Origin: Balneola sp.
Lineage (GTDB): Bacteria > Bacteroidota > Rhodothermia > Balneolales > Balneolaceae
Direction of reading: 5' to 3'
Length of the DNA: 32,000 nt
Assembly: GCA_002696035.1 (NCBI GenBank)
Contig: NZQV01000020.1
Location: 14,202 to 46,201 of the forward strand
Shown: one piece after another, positions 1-7,965 of the stretch
How the letters are laid out: the number at the start of each line of letters is the position of its first letter
Numbering within the stretch: position 1 is the stretch's first letter
Program-made: the position numbers and the translations under genes
Notes under the pieces: model-generated
What the model was told of the DNA's origin: nothing
Databases searched by the model: none
The model's input: the letters and a program-made list of their open reading frames with translations, nothing else

Positions 1-227
1 CTGTTTTCTTCTTTATTGGCCAGGATGAGGTCGGGCTGCATTTCCACAATTTCCTCCAGCTTTGGATTTTTTGTACCTCCAATGATCTCAGCTTGTTTGA
101 TCTTGTAATTTGGGTGAATGCAAAACCGGGTACGGCCAATTATTTGATCTTTCAGTCCAAGATCGTAAAGCAATTCGGTGAGACTTGGTACCAGAGAAAT
201 AATACGGTGATAGGGAAAGTCAGGCAT
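1..227 (-). CDS. TroA/BtuF-like periplasmic-binding-fold protein (cobalamin/metal-binding family), 5' part only; runs off the window start
   Basis: Not in the ORF track because it is truncated. The reverse complement from ATG 227..225 reads MPDFPYHRIISLVPSLTELLYDLGLKDQIIGRTRFCIHPNYKIKQAEIIGGTKNPKLEEIVEMQPDLILANKEEN and stays open to position 1. The pattern SLVPS.TE.L..LG...G...FC..P......GGTKNP..E.I....PDLI.ANKEEN matches BtuF/helical-backbone receptor N-termini as I remember them. Its ATG overlaps the upstream gene's stop by 8 nt, which suggests operon coupling. Confidence 0.65.
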   Translation of the reverse strand, partial: MPDFPYHRIISLVPSLTELLYDLGLKDQIIGRTRFCIHPNYKIKQAEIIGGTKNPKLEEIVEMQPDLILANKEEN

Positions 228-1074
228 AGCGTTTTATGATGTTTTCGGCCTGGCGACAATAACTTCCGCCAAACAAATTAGCATGCACTAAAATAGGATA
301 GAGGTTATAGACATTAACGCGATCATCAAAACCATCTTCTAAGGGGAATTCAGCATTATAGCCTTCATAGAAGTTGGCAGGAAAGCCTCCAAAAAGACGT
401 GTCATGGCCAGGTCCATTTCACGGTGACCAAAATACAAGGCCGGATCATAAATGGAAGCTTTTCCATTTTGGGTGAACATGTAATTTCCGCTCCAAAGAT
501 CACCATGAAGCAGTGCGGGTTGTTCCTGAGGGAAGATGAGGCCCAATTTCTGGTACATTTTCTCAACGTCTCGTAAGACAGAACGGGTTAGTTTGTCAGA
601 TTCTACGCCCATCTTTATCTGGGGTTCAATGCGCTCGATAGCAAAAAAGTCGGCCCAGTTGGAATGTTTGTTGTTGCTTTGAGGAAGCCGGCCTATGAAG
701 TTATCGTGATCGAGGCCAAAGGAATCGGATGTGTTTTTATGAAGTTTGGCGAGCTCTGCACCAAAATTGAAAGCGGAATTTTGTTGTCCCCCGCCTTCAT
801 CAATCCATTCCAGAACAAGGAAAGAATCCTTCTGTAGAGTAACAGCAGGTACCTGAAGATCCGTATCTGCCGAGGCAAGTAGTTCTAACCCTTTGGCTTC
901 CGTTTCAAACATGGAATCCGGAGCTGAATCATTCCATTTAACGAAAAGGGTTTCATCGGAATCGAGTGATAATTTTGAGGCTTGGTTGATATCTCCGCCA
1001 TGGACAGAGTTGACCTGAGAGATCTTGGCTTTGAGCTCCTCTTGTATGGTTTCTTGAATGTGATCAGGAAGCAT
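220..1074 (-). CDS. fructosamine/ketosamine-3-kinase family protein
   Basis: 284-aa ORF with the family-typical motifs LLHGDLWSGN (catalytic-loop region) and ...IYDPA.YFGHREMDLAM..LFGGF. Its length is typical of the fructosamine kinase family. It lies 3 nt downstream of the LMW phosphatase gene. Confidence 0.9.
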   Translation of the reverse strand: MLPDHIQETIQEELKAKISQVNSVHGGDINQASKLSLDSDETLFVKWNDSAPDSMFETEAKGLELLASADTDLQVPAVTLQKDSFLVLEWIDEGGGQQNSAFNFGAELAKLHKNTSDSFGLDHDNFIGRLPQSNNKHSNWADFFAIERIEPQIKMGVESDKLTRSVLRDVEKMYQKLGLIFPQEQPALLHGDLWSGNYMFTQNGKASIYDPALYFGHREMDLAMTRLFGGFPANFYEGYNAEFPLEDGFDDRVNVYNLYPILVHANLFGGSYCRQAENIIKRYA

Positions 1075-1077
1075 AGA

Positions 1078-1593
1078 TCAATCTTTGATGTGTGGTTTTA
1101 GTTCTTCAAGTAGCGTTTCACAACTGCGATTCAATACCGTAAACACATTTTCGAAGCCTTGCAGTCCGCCATAATAGGGGTCGGGAACTTGACCATCGCC
1201 TGGCTCAGGGTCAAATTCGCGCATCATTTTAATTTTTGACTCAAATCTATTTTTTCGGTCTAATTGTTTGATATTTTTGAAATTCTCAGAATCCATCGGC
1301 AGGATGAGATCAAATTCTTCGAGGTCGGCATAATCAAGCTGCCGTGCTTTAGACGGAAGATGAATGCCGTGCTGATTGGCAGTAGCCTGACTTTTACTAT
1401 TCGCAGACTCCCCAACGTGGTATGCCGCCGTGCCTGCAGAATCGATATAAAAATAATTTTGAAGGCCAGCTTCCTGTACTTTGTGAATAAAAATGCCTTC
1501 AGCAGTAGGGCTTCGGCAAATATTACCAAGACAAACAAATACGAGCTTGTAAGGATTATCCTGAGAAAAAGGTCGTTTATAATCTTCTGACAT
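1078..1593 (-). CDS. low-molecular-weight protein-tyrosine/arsenate-reductase-fold phosphatase (LMW-PTP)
   Basis: Carries the CX5R(S/T) P-loop VCLGNICRSPTAEG near the N-terminus and a DPYY motif near the C-terminus. I moved the start to the ATG at 1593 (MSEDYKRPF...) rather than the track's 1650. The extra 19 aa (MKCLISTANLGSKLIYTKS) are not family-like. Confidence 0.88.
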   Translation of the reverse strand: MSEDYKRPFSQDNPYKLVFVCLGNICRSPTAEGIFIHKVQEAGLQNYFYIDSAGTAAYHVGESANSKSQATANQHGIHLPSKARQLDYADLEEFDLILPMDSENFKNIKQLDRKNRFESKIKMMREFDPEPGDGQVPDPYYGGLQGFENVFTVLNRSCETLLEELKPHIKD

Positions 1594-1757
1594 AGATTTT
1601 GTATAGATTAATTTTGAGCCTAAGTTAGCGGTTGATATCAAGCATTTCACATAATCATCATAAAAGAATAGGAAGTTAACAGAAATGTCTTAGGCCTTAG
1701 GTACAAGTGTTAGATTTTTTTGATTGAAGTGAATACATGGATTTCCATGATATTTTG

Positions 1758-1765
1758 TATATTTG
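1758..1765 (+). promoter_or_regulatory. candidate Bacteroidetes-type -7 promoter box for ileS
   Basis: TATATTTG matches the TAnnTTTG -7 consensus of Bacteroidetes sigma-A promoters. It ends 35 nt upstream of the ileS ATG. No clean -33 TTTG was seen at the expected spacing. Confidence 0.35.
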
Positions 1766-1799
1766 AGGCTTCAAACTATTCGCCTGAACAAAGATTTTT

Positions 1800-4700
1800 A
1801 TGGCAAAAAAATTCGAAGAAATAAAGCAACTAAGTTTTCCTAAATCAGAAGTTGAAACCCTGAATTGGTGGAAGGAGCACAAGATTTTTGAGAAAAGTCT
1901 CAAAACTCGTGAAGATGGCATTCCTTTTACCTTTTATGAAGGTCCTCCAACAGCAAACGGGAAGCCTGGCATCCATCACGTGATGGCGCGCACCGTTAAG
2001 GATATGTTTTGCCGATACAAGACTCTGAAGGGTTTTCGTGTTGAGCGAAAGGCCGGATGGGACACACACGGACTGCCTGTTGAAATTGAAGTTGAGAAGG
2101 AACTTGGGCTTGAAGGTCGCGCACAGGTAGAGGAATATGGCATCGAAAAATATAATGCCAAGTGTCGCGAAAGTGTGCTCAAATACAAGCACTTGTGGGA
2201 CGATCTGACCTCGCGAATGGGATACTGGGTAGATCAGGAAGATCCCTATATCACCTTTGATAATAAGTATATTGAATCGGTTTGGTGGGCGTTCAACAAA
2301 CTGTACAAGAAAGGCCTGGTATATAAAGGCTATAAGATCCAGTGGTATTCTCCGGGAAGCGGAACGGTGCTTTCTTCCCATGAAGTTAGTCTCGGATATA
2401 AAGAGACGCAGGATCCTTCTATTTATGTGAAATTTAAGATGGATGATGAAGATGCTTATTTCCTTGCCTGGACAACTACTCCATGGACCATCGTTTCCAA
2501 CATGGCGCTGGCCGTAAATCCAAATCTGGATTATGTGAAAGTGGCGCATTTTGATGAAACCTTCATCATGGCCAAGGATTGTGTAGAAGATGTGCTTGGG
2601 GAAGAGTATATAATTGAGGAAGAGTTCAAAGGATCCGTTCTTTTGGGTAAGACCTATCAGCCGGTATTCGATTTTGCCTTTGAAGAATTTGATAAATCCC
2701 AGGCATGGCGAGTAATTCCTGCTGATTACGTGACTACTGATGATGGCACCGGTGTAGTTCACACGGCTCCTGCTTTTGGTGCAGATGACTTCGATTCTTG
2801 TCAAAAGGCAGATATCCCGATGTTCAACCCTATTGACCGGGATGGTAAATTTACCGATCAGGCTCCTGATTTTGAAGGGCAATGGTTCAAGGAAGCAGAC
2901 AAAGATATTTCGAGAGCCATCAAAGAAAAAGACCTCATGTTCAGACATGAGACCATGGTGCACAACTATCCATTCGACTGGCGTAAAGGCACTCCTTTGA
3001 TGTCGTACCCGGTGGAATCCTGGTTCATTGAGACGACCAAAGTGAAAGACCGCATGGTTGAACTCAACAAAAAGATCAACTGGAAGCCTGAAAGCACCGG
3101 AAGTGGTCGTTTTGGAACCTGGCTCGAAAATAATGTGGACTGGGCTATTTCCCGTCAGCGTTACTGGGGAACTCCCATTCCGATCTGGGTAAGTGATAAA
3201 GATCCTGAATATGTAGAAGCCATTGGAAGTATGGCAGAACTTCGGGAAAAGGCCGGACTTGAAGAAGACGAAGAGATCGATCTCCACCGCCCGTTTATTG
3301 ATGAACTGACCTGGGAAGGCCCGGATGGAGGAACCATGAGACGTATTCCGGATCTGTTGGATGTTTGGTTCGATTCCGGCGCTATGCCTTTTGCACAGTG
3401 GCATTATCCATTTGATAACGACCACGATTTCCAGGTTAACTACCCCGCTGATTTTATAGCAGAAGGCGTAGATCAAACCCGTGGATGGTTTTACACGCTA
3501 CACGCCCTCGGCACTATGCTGTTCAACGAAGAGGCTTACAAAAATGTAGTCTCCAACGGACTTGTGCTGGATGAGAACGGCGAGAAGATGAGTAAGTCAA
3601 AAGGAAATTCTGTTGATCCTTTTGAAGTGATCCAGGAGTTTGGAGCCGATACCGTTCGCTGGTATATGATGAGTAATTCGTCTCCCTGGGATAATCTCAA
3701 ATTCAGCCACGATGGACTGAAAGAAGTTCAACGGAAGTTTTTTAATACCATCATCAACACCTATTCATTCTTTGCAATGTATGCGAACATTGATGGATTT
3801 AACTATTCCGGAACGGCTATTCCAAACGCAGATCGTCCCGAAATTGACAAATGGGTGATCTCCAGACTCAATTCTACCGTAAAAGTGGTTGAGGAGCATT
3901 TCGAAGATTACGAGCCTACCAAAGCTGCCCGCGAGCTGGAGAATTTTGTAGAAGAACTCAGTAACTGGTACGTTCGCCGAAACCGACGTCGTTTCTGGAA
4001 AGAAGGAAACACGCTGGATAAAACGGCAGCTTATCAAACATTGTACGAATGCCTGAACAGTTTAAGTAAGATGATCAGCCCGATCGCTCCTTTTGTGGGG
4101 GAATGGCTGTATCAAAAACTGAATAAGGTGACCGGTCATGATGAGGAATCAGTGCATCTGTCTTTTTTCCCAACCGTGGAAGAGACGGCCATCAACAAGG
4201 CGCTTGAACACAAAATGGATATGGCACGATTGATATCATATGTTGTACTGCGTATCCGAAACCAGATCGAGATGAATGTCCGGCAACCACTGGCGCGAAT
4301 TATTCTTCCGATCAAAGATGAGAGCGAGCGACAGGCCATTGAATCGGTTCGGGATATCATCTTGGAAGAGGTGAACGTTAAAGATATCCAGTTTGTGGAT
4401 GACGACTCCGGTATTGTTCGTAAATCTGCGAAGCCGAATTACCCGGTTCTTGGAAAGCGACTTGGTTCTAAAATGAAGGCTGTTGCTGCCAAAGTAAATC
4501 AGTTAGATACCGATCAGATCACGCAGTTTGAAAAAGAAGGATTTATAGATCTGGATGTAGACGATGAAACCATCCGTATTGATTCGGAAGGACTTGAGAT
4601 CATCCGCACCGGGCTGGAAGGCTGGACCGTAGAAACCGAGCGTGGACTAAGCGTGGCGGTGGATACTGACCTCAGCGAAGAGCTCATTCAGGAAGGAATT

Positions 4701-4955
4701 GCCCGCGAATTTGTGAACCGTGTGCAGAACATGCGTAAGGAAGCCGATTTTGAAGTGACCGACCGTATTTCCATTGGGTTCACCGGTTCCGATAAGATCA
4801 AAGAGGCGGTGGTTTCAATGAGTGAATACATCAAAAAAGAAACGCTGGCTGAAGAAATTCAGATCAAAGAACTTGAAGTCGCTGACTTCACAAAAACCTG
4901 GGAGATCGGTGATGAAAAATGCACCATTTCCATCCGAAGAAATATTAATTCATAA
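1800..4955 (+). CDS. ileS: isoleucine--tRNA ligase (class I, long type-2 form)
   Basis: 1051-aa ORF with the class I HIGH-type motif (PPTANGKPGIHHVMART), KMSKS (EKMSKSKGN), an editing-domain insertion (TTTPWT) and WFYTLHA / WISRQRYWG signatures. Confidence 0.97.
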   Translation: MAKKFEEIKQLSFPKSEVETLNWWKEHKIFEKSLKTREDGIPFTFYEGPPTANGKPGIHHVMARTVKDMFCRYKTLKGFRVERKAGWDTHGLPVEIEVEKELGLEGRAQVEEYGIEKYNAKCRESVLKYKHLWDDLTSRMGYWVDQEDPYITFDNKYIESVWWAFNKLYKKGLVYKGYKIQWYSPGSGTVLSSHEVSLGYKETQDPSIYVKFKMDDEDAYFLAWTTTPWTIVSNMALAVNPNLDYVKVAHFDETFIMAKDCVEDVLGEEYIIEEEFKGSVLLGKTYQPVFDFAFEEFDKSQAWRVIPADYVTTDDGTGVVHTAPAFGADDFDSCQKADIPMFNPIDRDGKFTDQAPDFEGQWFKEADKDISRAIKEKDLMFRHETMVHNYPFDWRKGTPLMSYPVESWFIETTKVKDRMVELNKKINWKPESTGSGRFGTWLENNVDWAISRQRYWGTPIPIWVSDKDPEYVEAIGSMAELREKAGLEEDEEIDLHRPFIDELTWEGPDGGTMRRIPDLLDVWFDSGAMPFAQWHYPFDNDHDFQVNYPADFIAEGVDQTRGWFYTLHALGTMLFNEEAYKNVVSNGLVLDENGEKMSKSKGNSVDPFEVIQEFGADTVRWYMMSNSSPWDNLKFSHDGLKEVQRKFFNTIINTYSFFAMYANIDGFNYSGTAIPNADRPEIDKWVISRLNSTVKVVEEHFEDYEPTKAARELENFVEELSNWYVRRNRRRFWKEGNTLDKTAAYQTLYECLNSLSKMISPIAPFVGEWLYQKLNKVTGHDEESVHLSFFPTVEETAINKALEHKMDMARLISYVVLRIRNQIEMNVRQPLARIILPIKDESERQAIESVRDIILEEVNVKDIQFVDDDSGIVRKSAKPNYPVLGKRLGSKMKAVAAKVNQLDTDQITQFEKEGFIDLDVDDETIRIDSEGLEIIRTGLEGWTVETERGLSVAVDTDLSEELIQEGIAREFVNRVQNMRKEADFEVTDRISIGFTGSDKIKEAVVSMSEYIKKETLAEEIQIKELEVADFTKTWEIGDEKCTISIRRNINS

Positions 4956-4965
4956 CTTAGCAGCT

Positions 4966-5367
4966 ATGGCTACAGAAGAATCAAAAAACGACGAAAGAGT
5001 TTCGCCTTATAGTGATGAAGAGCTGGAGTATTTCCGTGAGATCATCATCAAGAAAATGGAAGATGCCGAAGAAGAGTTAAATGCTCTGCAACGTACGCTG
5101 CGTGAAAGTATGGAAAACGCTTCGGACGAATCTGCCTATTCTTATCATATGGCAGATGCCGGTACAGATGCTCAGGAGCGTGAAAAAACGTACATGCTTT
5201 TTAATCGCACCCGTAAATTTCTCAAGTATCTGGATGATGCACTCAATCGAATTGATAATAAAACGTATGGCGTTTGCAAAGTGACCGGGAAAAAAATCTC
5301 CAAAGGTCGGCTTGAAGCAGTGCCTCATACGCAGTTAAGCATTGATGCGAAACTGAAACGACGATAA
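4966..5367 (+). CDS. DksA/TraR-family regulator-like protein (zinc-finger cysteines largely absent)
   Basis: 133 aa starting at ATG 4966 (MATEESKND...). It has a coiled-coil region (EELEYFREIIIKKMEDAEEELNALQ), an acidic tip region (MADAGTDAQERE) and a C-terminal YGVCKVTGKKISKGRLEAVPHTQLSIDAK. Its position between ileS and lspA is the usual FCB-group synteny. The track's longer ORF (from 4822) overlaps ileS out of frame and was trimmed. Confidence 0.85.
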   Translation: MATEESKNDERVSPYSDEELEYFREIIIKKMEDAEEELNALQRTLRESMENASDESAYSYHMADAGTDAQEREKTYMLFNRTRKFLKYLDDALNRIDNKTYGVCKVTGKKISKGRLEAVPHTQLSIDAKLKRR

Positions 5368-5377
5368 ATTCCGTAAT

Positions 5378-5977
5378 TTGAATTCCAGAAAGCTTCAGGC
5401 ATTATTTGTGCCGGCCTTTATTGTGCTGGTGCTCGATCAGCTATCGAAATGGTGGATCCGAACGTCACCCGAGTGGCAGAATACGACCATTATAGATGGT
5501 TGGCTGCAATTCTATTTCACCAAAAATCCCGGCATGGCCATGGGGATAGATATTCTGTCTACGCCAGCCATAAGTGTGGTTGCCATTTTAGCCGTTACGG
5601 GAATCCTGATCTACATCCTCCGGAATATTGAAGAAGCCAATATGGGCTATTTGATCTGCATGGGCCTAGTTTTAGGAGGCGCTTTTGGGAATATAGCAGA
5701 CCGCCTTTTTATGGCCATCATTATGGATTATGGAGGAGTATTGGAAGGACATGTGGTCGACTTCATTTATTTCTCTCTCCAAATTAACGACTGGACTGTT
5801 TTCCCCTACATTTTTAATGTGGCCGATGTAGCTATTTCTTGTTCAATTATTACGCTGCTTATTTTTAACAAACGCTTTTTTGTTCACCATGATGTAGAGG
5901 TGGAAAAAGATGAGAGTGCGTTAAATGAATTAGAAGAAACAGACAAGCCTCCTTCTTCATTAGATAATAAACTTTAA
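5378..5977 (+). CDS. lspA: lipoprotein signal peptidase (signal peptidase II)
   Basis: 199 aa with four hydrophobic segments. It has the family motifs GGAFGNIADRL and FNVADVAISCS, which carry the catalytic Asp residues. The start is TTG at 5378 and is uncertain by a few codons. Confidence 0.9.
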   Translation: MNSRKLQALFVPAFIVLVLDQLSKWWIRTSPEWQNTTIIDGWLQFYFTKNPGMAMGIDILSTPAISVVAILAVTGILIYILRNIEEANMGYLICMGLVLGGAFGNIADRLFMAIIMDYGGVLEGHVVDFIYFSLQINDWTVFPYIFNVADVAISCSIITLLIFNKRFFVHHDVEVEKDESALNELEETDKPPSSLDNKL

Positions 5978-6012
5978 AAGAGCTTTTTCGGGCTTTACTT
6001 AGTACTTAGTTT

Positions 6013-7203
6013 CTAACTATTCTCTTCGCCTTCGAAAGGATAATTCTGGGTAGAAAAGTCGAAATTATCTTTGATGGCAACCTGATCTACGATCTCCAGC
6101 CCAAAACTCTTGATCCCAATTCTCTTGACGGGATTATTGGTCATTAACTTGAGTTTTCGAATTCCGAGTGAGCGTAGTATTTGAGCTCCAACACCATAAT
6201 CGCGGGTATCACTTCTGGGGGTGATGTCTTCTTCGCTTTCAGTAACGCGTCCCTGTTGTAAAGCCTTCAGGGTTTTAAGTTGGTTGACCAACACCGAACC
6301 TCTTTGGTTTCGGTTCATGTATAAAACCACGCCTTTTCCTTCGCGCTCAACCTGAAGCATAGCCTGGTGCAGTTGCTCACTGGTGTCCTTATTTCTGGCA
6401 CCAAAAATATCACCGATCAGATCAGAGGAGTGAACGCGTGTAAGTACCGGTTCTTCCTTGCTCCAGCTGCCTTTGGTAAGTGCAAGGTGAATATCGCCGG
6501 TAAGTTTTTCTTCGAAAGCGCGTAAGGCAAAATCGCCATACATGGTGGGCAGATTTACATCCATCACTTCCTGTACCAGCGTCTCGTGTTCATTGCGGTA
6601 CGCGATAAGATCTTTAATGGTGATGATCTTCATCTCAAACTCTTTCGCCATCTCTATGAGCTCGGGTACTCGTGCCATCTCTCCATCTTCTTTCATGATC
6701 TCACAGATGATTCCCACGGGTTTCAATCCGGCAAGGCGTGCAAGGTCGATGGCTGCTTCAGTGTGTCCGGCGCGCCTAAGTACGCCCCCTTCAACAGCAA
6801 GCAGCGGGAATACATGTCCCGGCCGGCGAAAATCTACAGGCTTCGAATCATCACTGGCCAGTTCGCGGATGGTATTGGCCCGATCAGCAGCCGAAATTCC
6901 GGTAGTCGTTTGGCGTTTATGGTCTACGGAAATTGTGAAATTTGCTTCATCCGGATCGGCCCCTTCCTGCACCATATGATTCAGGTTTAGCTTGTCGGCT
7001 TTAGCTTTGGTGATAGGTGCGCATACGAGACCACGCCCGTGCGTTACCATCAGATTGATGGCATCGTTGGTCACCTTCTCGGCAGCCATCAGGAAATCGC
7101 CTTCGTTTTCGCGGTCTTCGTCGTCAACTACAATAACGATCTTGCCATTTTTTATGTCTTCAATGGCATCCGGTATGGCATCAAATTGGAATTCCTGACT
7201 CAT
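6013..7203 (-). CDS. ribBA: bifunctional 3,4-dihydroxy-2-butanone-4-phosphate synthase / GTP cyclohydrolase II
   Basis: 396 aa. The N-terminal half has RibB motifs (VVDDEDRENEGD, RAGHTEA). The C-terminal half is RibA-like (YGDF...HSSDLIGDIFG, DYGVGAQILRSLGIRKLKLMTNNP). Confidence 0.95.
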   Translation of the reverse strand: MSQEFQFDAIPDAIEDIKNGKIVIVVDDEDRENEGDFLMAAEKVTNDAINLMVTHGRGLVCAPITKAKADKLNLNHMVQEGADPDEANFTISVDHKRQTTTGISAADRANTIRELASDDSKPVDFRRPGHVFPLLAVEGGVLRRAGHTEAAIDLARLAGLKPVGIICEIMKEDGEMARVPELIEMAKEFEMKIITIKDLIAYRNEHETLVQEVMDVNLPTMYGDFALRAFEEKLTGDIHLALTKGSWSKEEPVLTRVHSSDLIGDIFGARNKDTSEQLHQAMLQVEREGKGVVLYMNRNQRGSVLVNQLKTLKALQQGRVTESEEDITPRSDTRDYGVGAQILRSLGIRKLKLMTNNPVKRIGIKSFGLEIVDQVAIKDNFDFSTQNYPFEGEENS

Positions 7204-7239
7204 AAGTGGGTATTAAATTTACTCAGCATCCGCATGAGT

Positions 7240-7286
7240 TGTCATCCTGAGCGCAGAAGAAACGTTGGTGAGCACTCAGGGTAACA
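7240..7286. repeat. imperfect inverted repeat (REP-like hairpin) between yajC and ribBA
   Basis: The arms are TGTCATCCTGAGCGC (7240..7254) and GCACTCAGGGTAACA (7272..7286). 12 of 15 positions are complementary and all 3 mismatches are transitions. The loop is 17 nt and no U-tract follows on either strand. Confidence 0.4.
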
Positions 7287-7313
7287 ACTTAAATGGATAT
7301 AGATGCCGTATAA

Positions 7314-7631
7314 TTACTTATCCTGTTTATTAGGATTGACATCAGTAATGGCAGATTTAAGCATGCGGATCTTTGTGCCGCTATCTACATCTACCAAAAT
7401 TTCAGTTTCTTCGATCTTGTCCAAGATGCCAATGATTCCTGAAGAGGTAACAATTTTGTCGCCCTTTTTCATTTCCTCGACTTTTTCTTTGATCTCTTTT
7501 TGGCGCTTGCTTTGCGGGCGGATTATAAAGAAATAGAATACAAGAAAAATAGCACCCAGAAACACCAGGTTGATAATGCCGGCGTTGGGGTCGTCAGGGT
7601 TGCCCATCAAAAATAAAGGAAGAAATTGCAT
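7314..7631 (-). CDS. yajC: preprotein translocase subunit YajC
   Basis: 105 aa with a single N-terminal TM segment. This is followed by IIRPQSKRQKE...MKKGDKIVTSSGIIG....E.EILVDVDSGTKIRMLKSAI, the canonical YajC pattern. Confidence 0.9.
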   Translation of the reverse strand: MQFLPLFLMGNPDDPNAGIINLVFLGAIFLVFYFFIIRPQSKRQKEIKEKVEEMKKGDKIVTSSGIIGILDKIEETEILVDVDSGTKIRMLKSAITDVNPNKQDK

Positions 7632-7903
7632 AGTCGTTGTTTGGTATGATTAATTTGTTTTGCGGGGAAAAGATACGAATTCCTGCATTGAAATATGACA
7701 GTAAAGCTTTCGCAGATTTACACCTAAAATTTTACCAGAAGTATCTTTTCAGACTTGACTGAAGGTAGGGGCAGAGACATTGTCCAAAACTCTTAAGTCA
7801 CCACTCGTAAGGTTTGGTAAATTTTGTTTGCCTTGGGGCTCGCTGAAGACTTAAGAGATCTTTGCAATGAAAAAAAGCTAAGGCGACTACCTAAACTGCT
7901 TCT

Positions 7904-7938
7904 CATAAAAAAGGCCGAACCGTACATGGTTCAGCCTT
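7904..7938 (-). terminator. Rho-independent terminator downstream of the Usp gene
   Basis: On the minus strand, AAGGCTGAACC / loop ATGTAC / GGTTCGGCCTT forms an 11-bp stem with one G:U pair. It is followed by TTTTTTAT and begins 28 nt after the Usp stop codon. Confidence 0.6.
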
Positions 7939-7965
7939 AAGTATTGCAGAAAGTACAATCCTGAA

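Noticed and set aside
1845-3476. 543-aa minus-strand ORF, the second-longest reading frame in the first 5 kb
   Set aside because: It lies entirely antisense to ileS, whose frame carries unambiguous class I synthetase motifs. The antisense translation is low-complexity and family-less, so it is a shadow ORF. The same reasoning applies to the other ORFs nested in ileS (1976..2188, 2776..3000, 3765..4037, 4136..4360).
4822-4965. N-terminal extension of the DksA/TraR-like ORF, overlapping the ileS 3' end by 134 nt
   Set aside because: The extension (MNTSKKKRWLKKFRSKNLKS...) is an out-of-frame read of the ileS coding sequence. Family-like sequence begins at the ATG at 4966, 11 nt after the ileS stop.
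6542-7284. Several plus-strand ORFs (145, 134, 68 and 81 aa) across the ribBA locus
   Set aside because: They are antisense to the well-supported ribBA gene. Their translations are Ser/Arg-rich, as is typical of antisense frames. The 81-aa ORF ends by reading through the REP-like hairpin (..MSCHPERRRNVGEHSG).
7204-7313. Expected FMN (RFN) riboswitch in the ribBA leader
   Set aside because: I could not find the conserved FMN aptamer core on the minus strand, and the 110-nt spacer is short for it. It is therefore not annotated, and it should still be checked with a covariance model.
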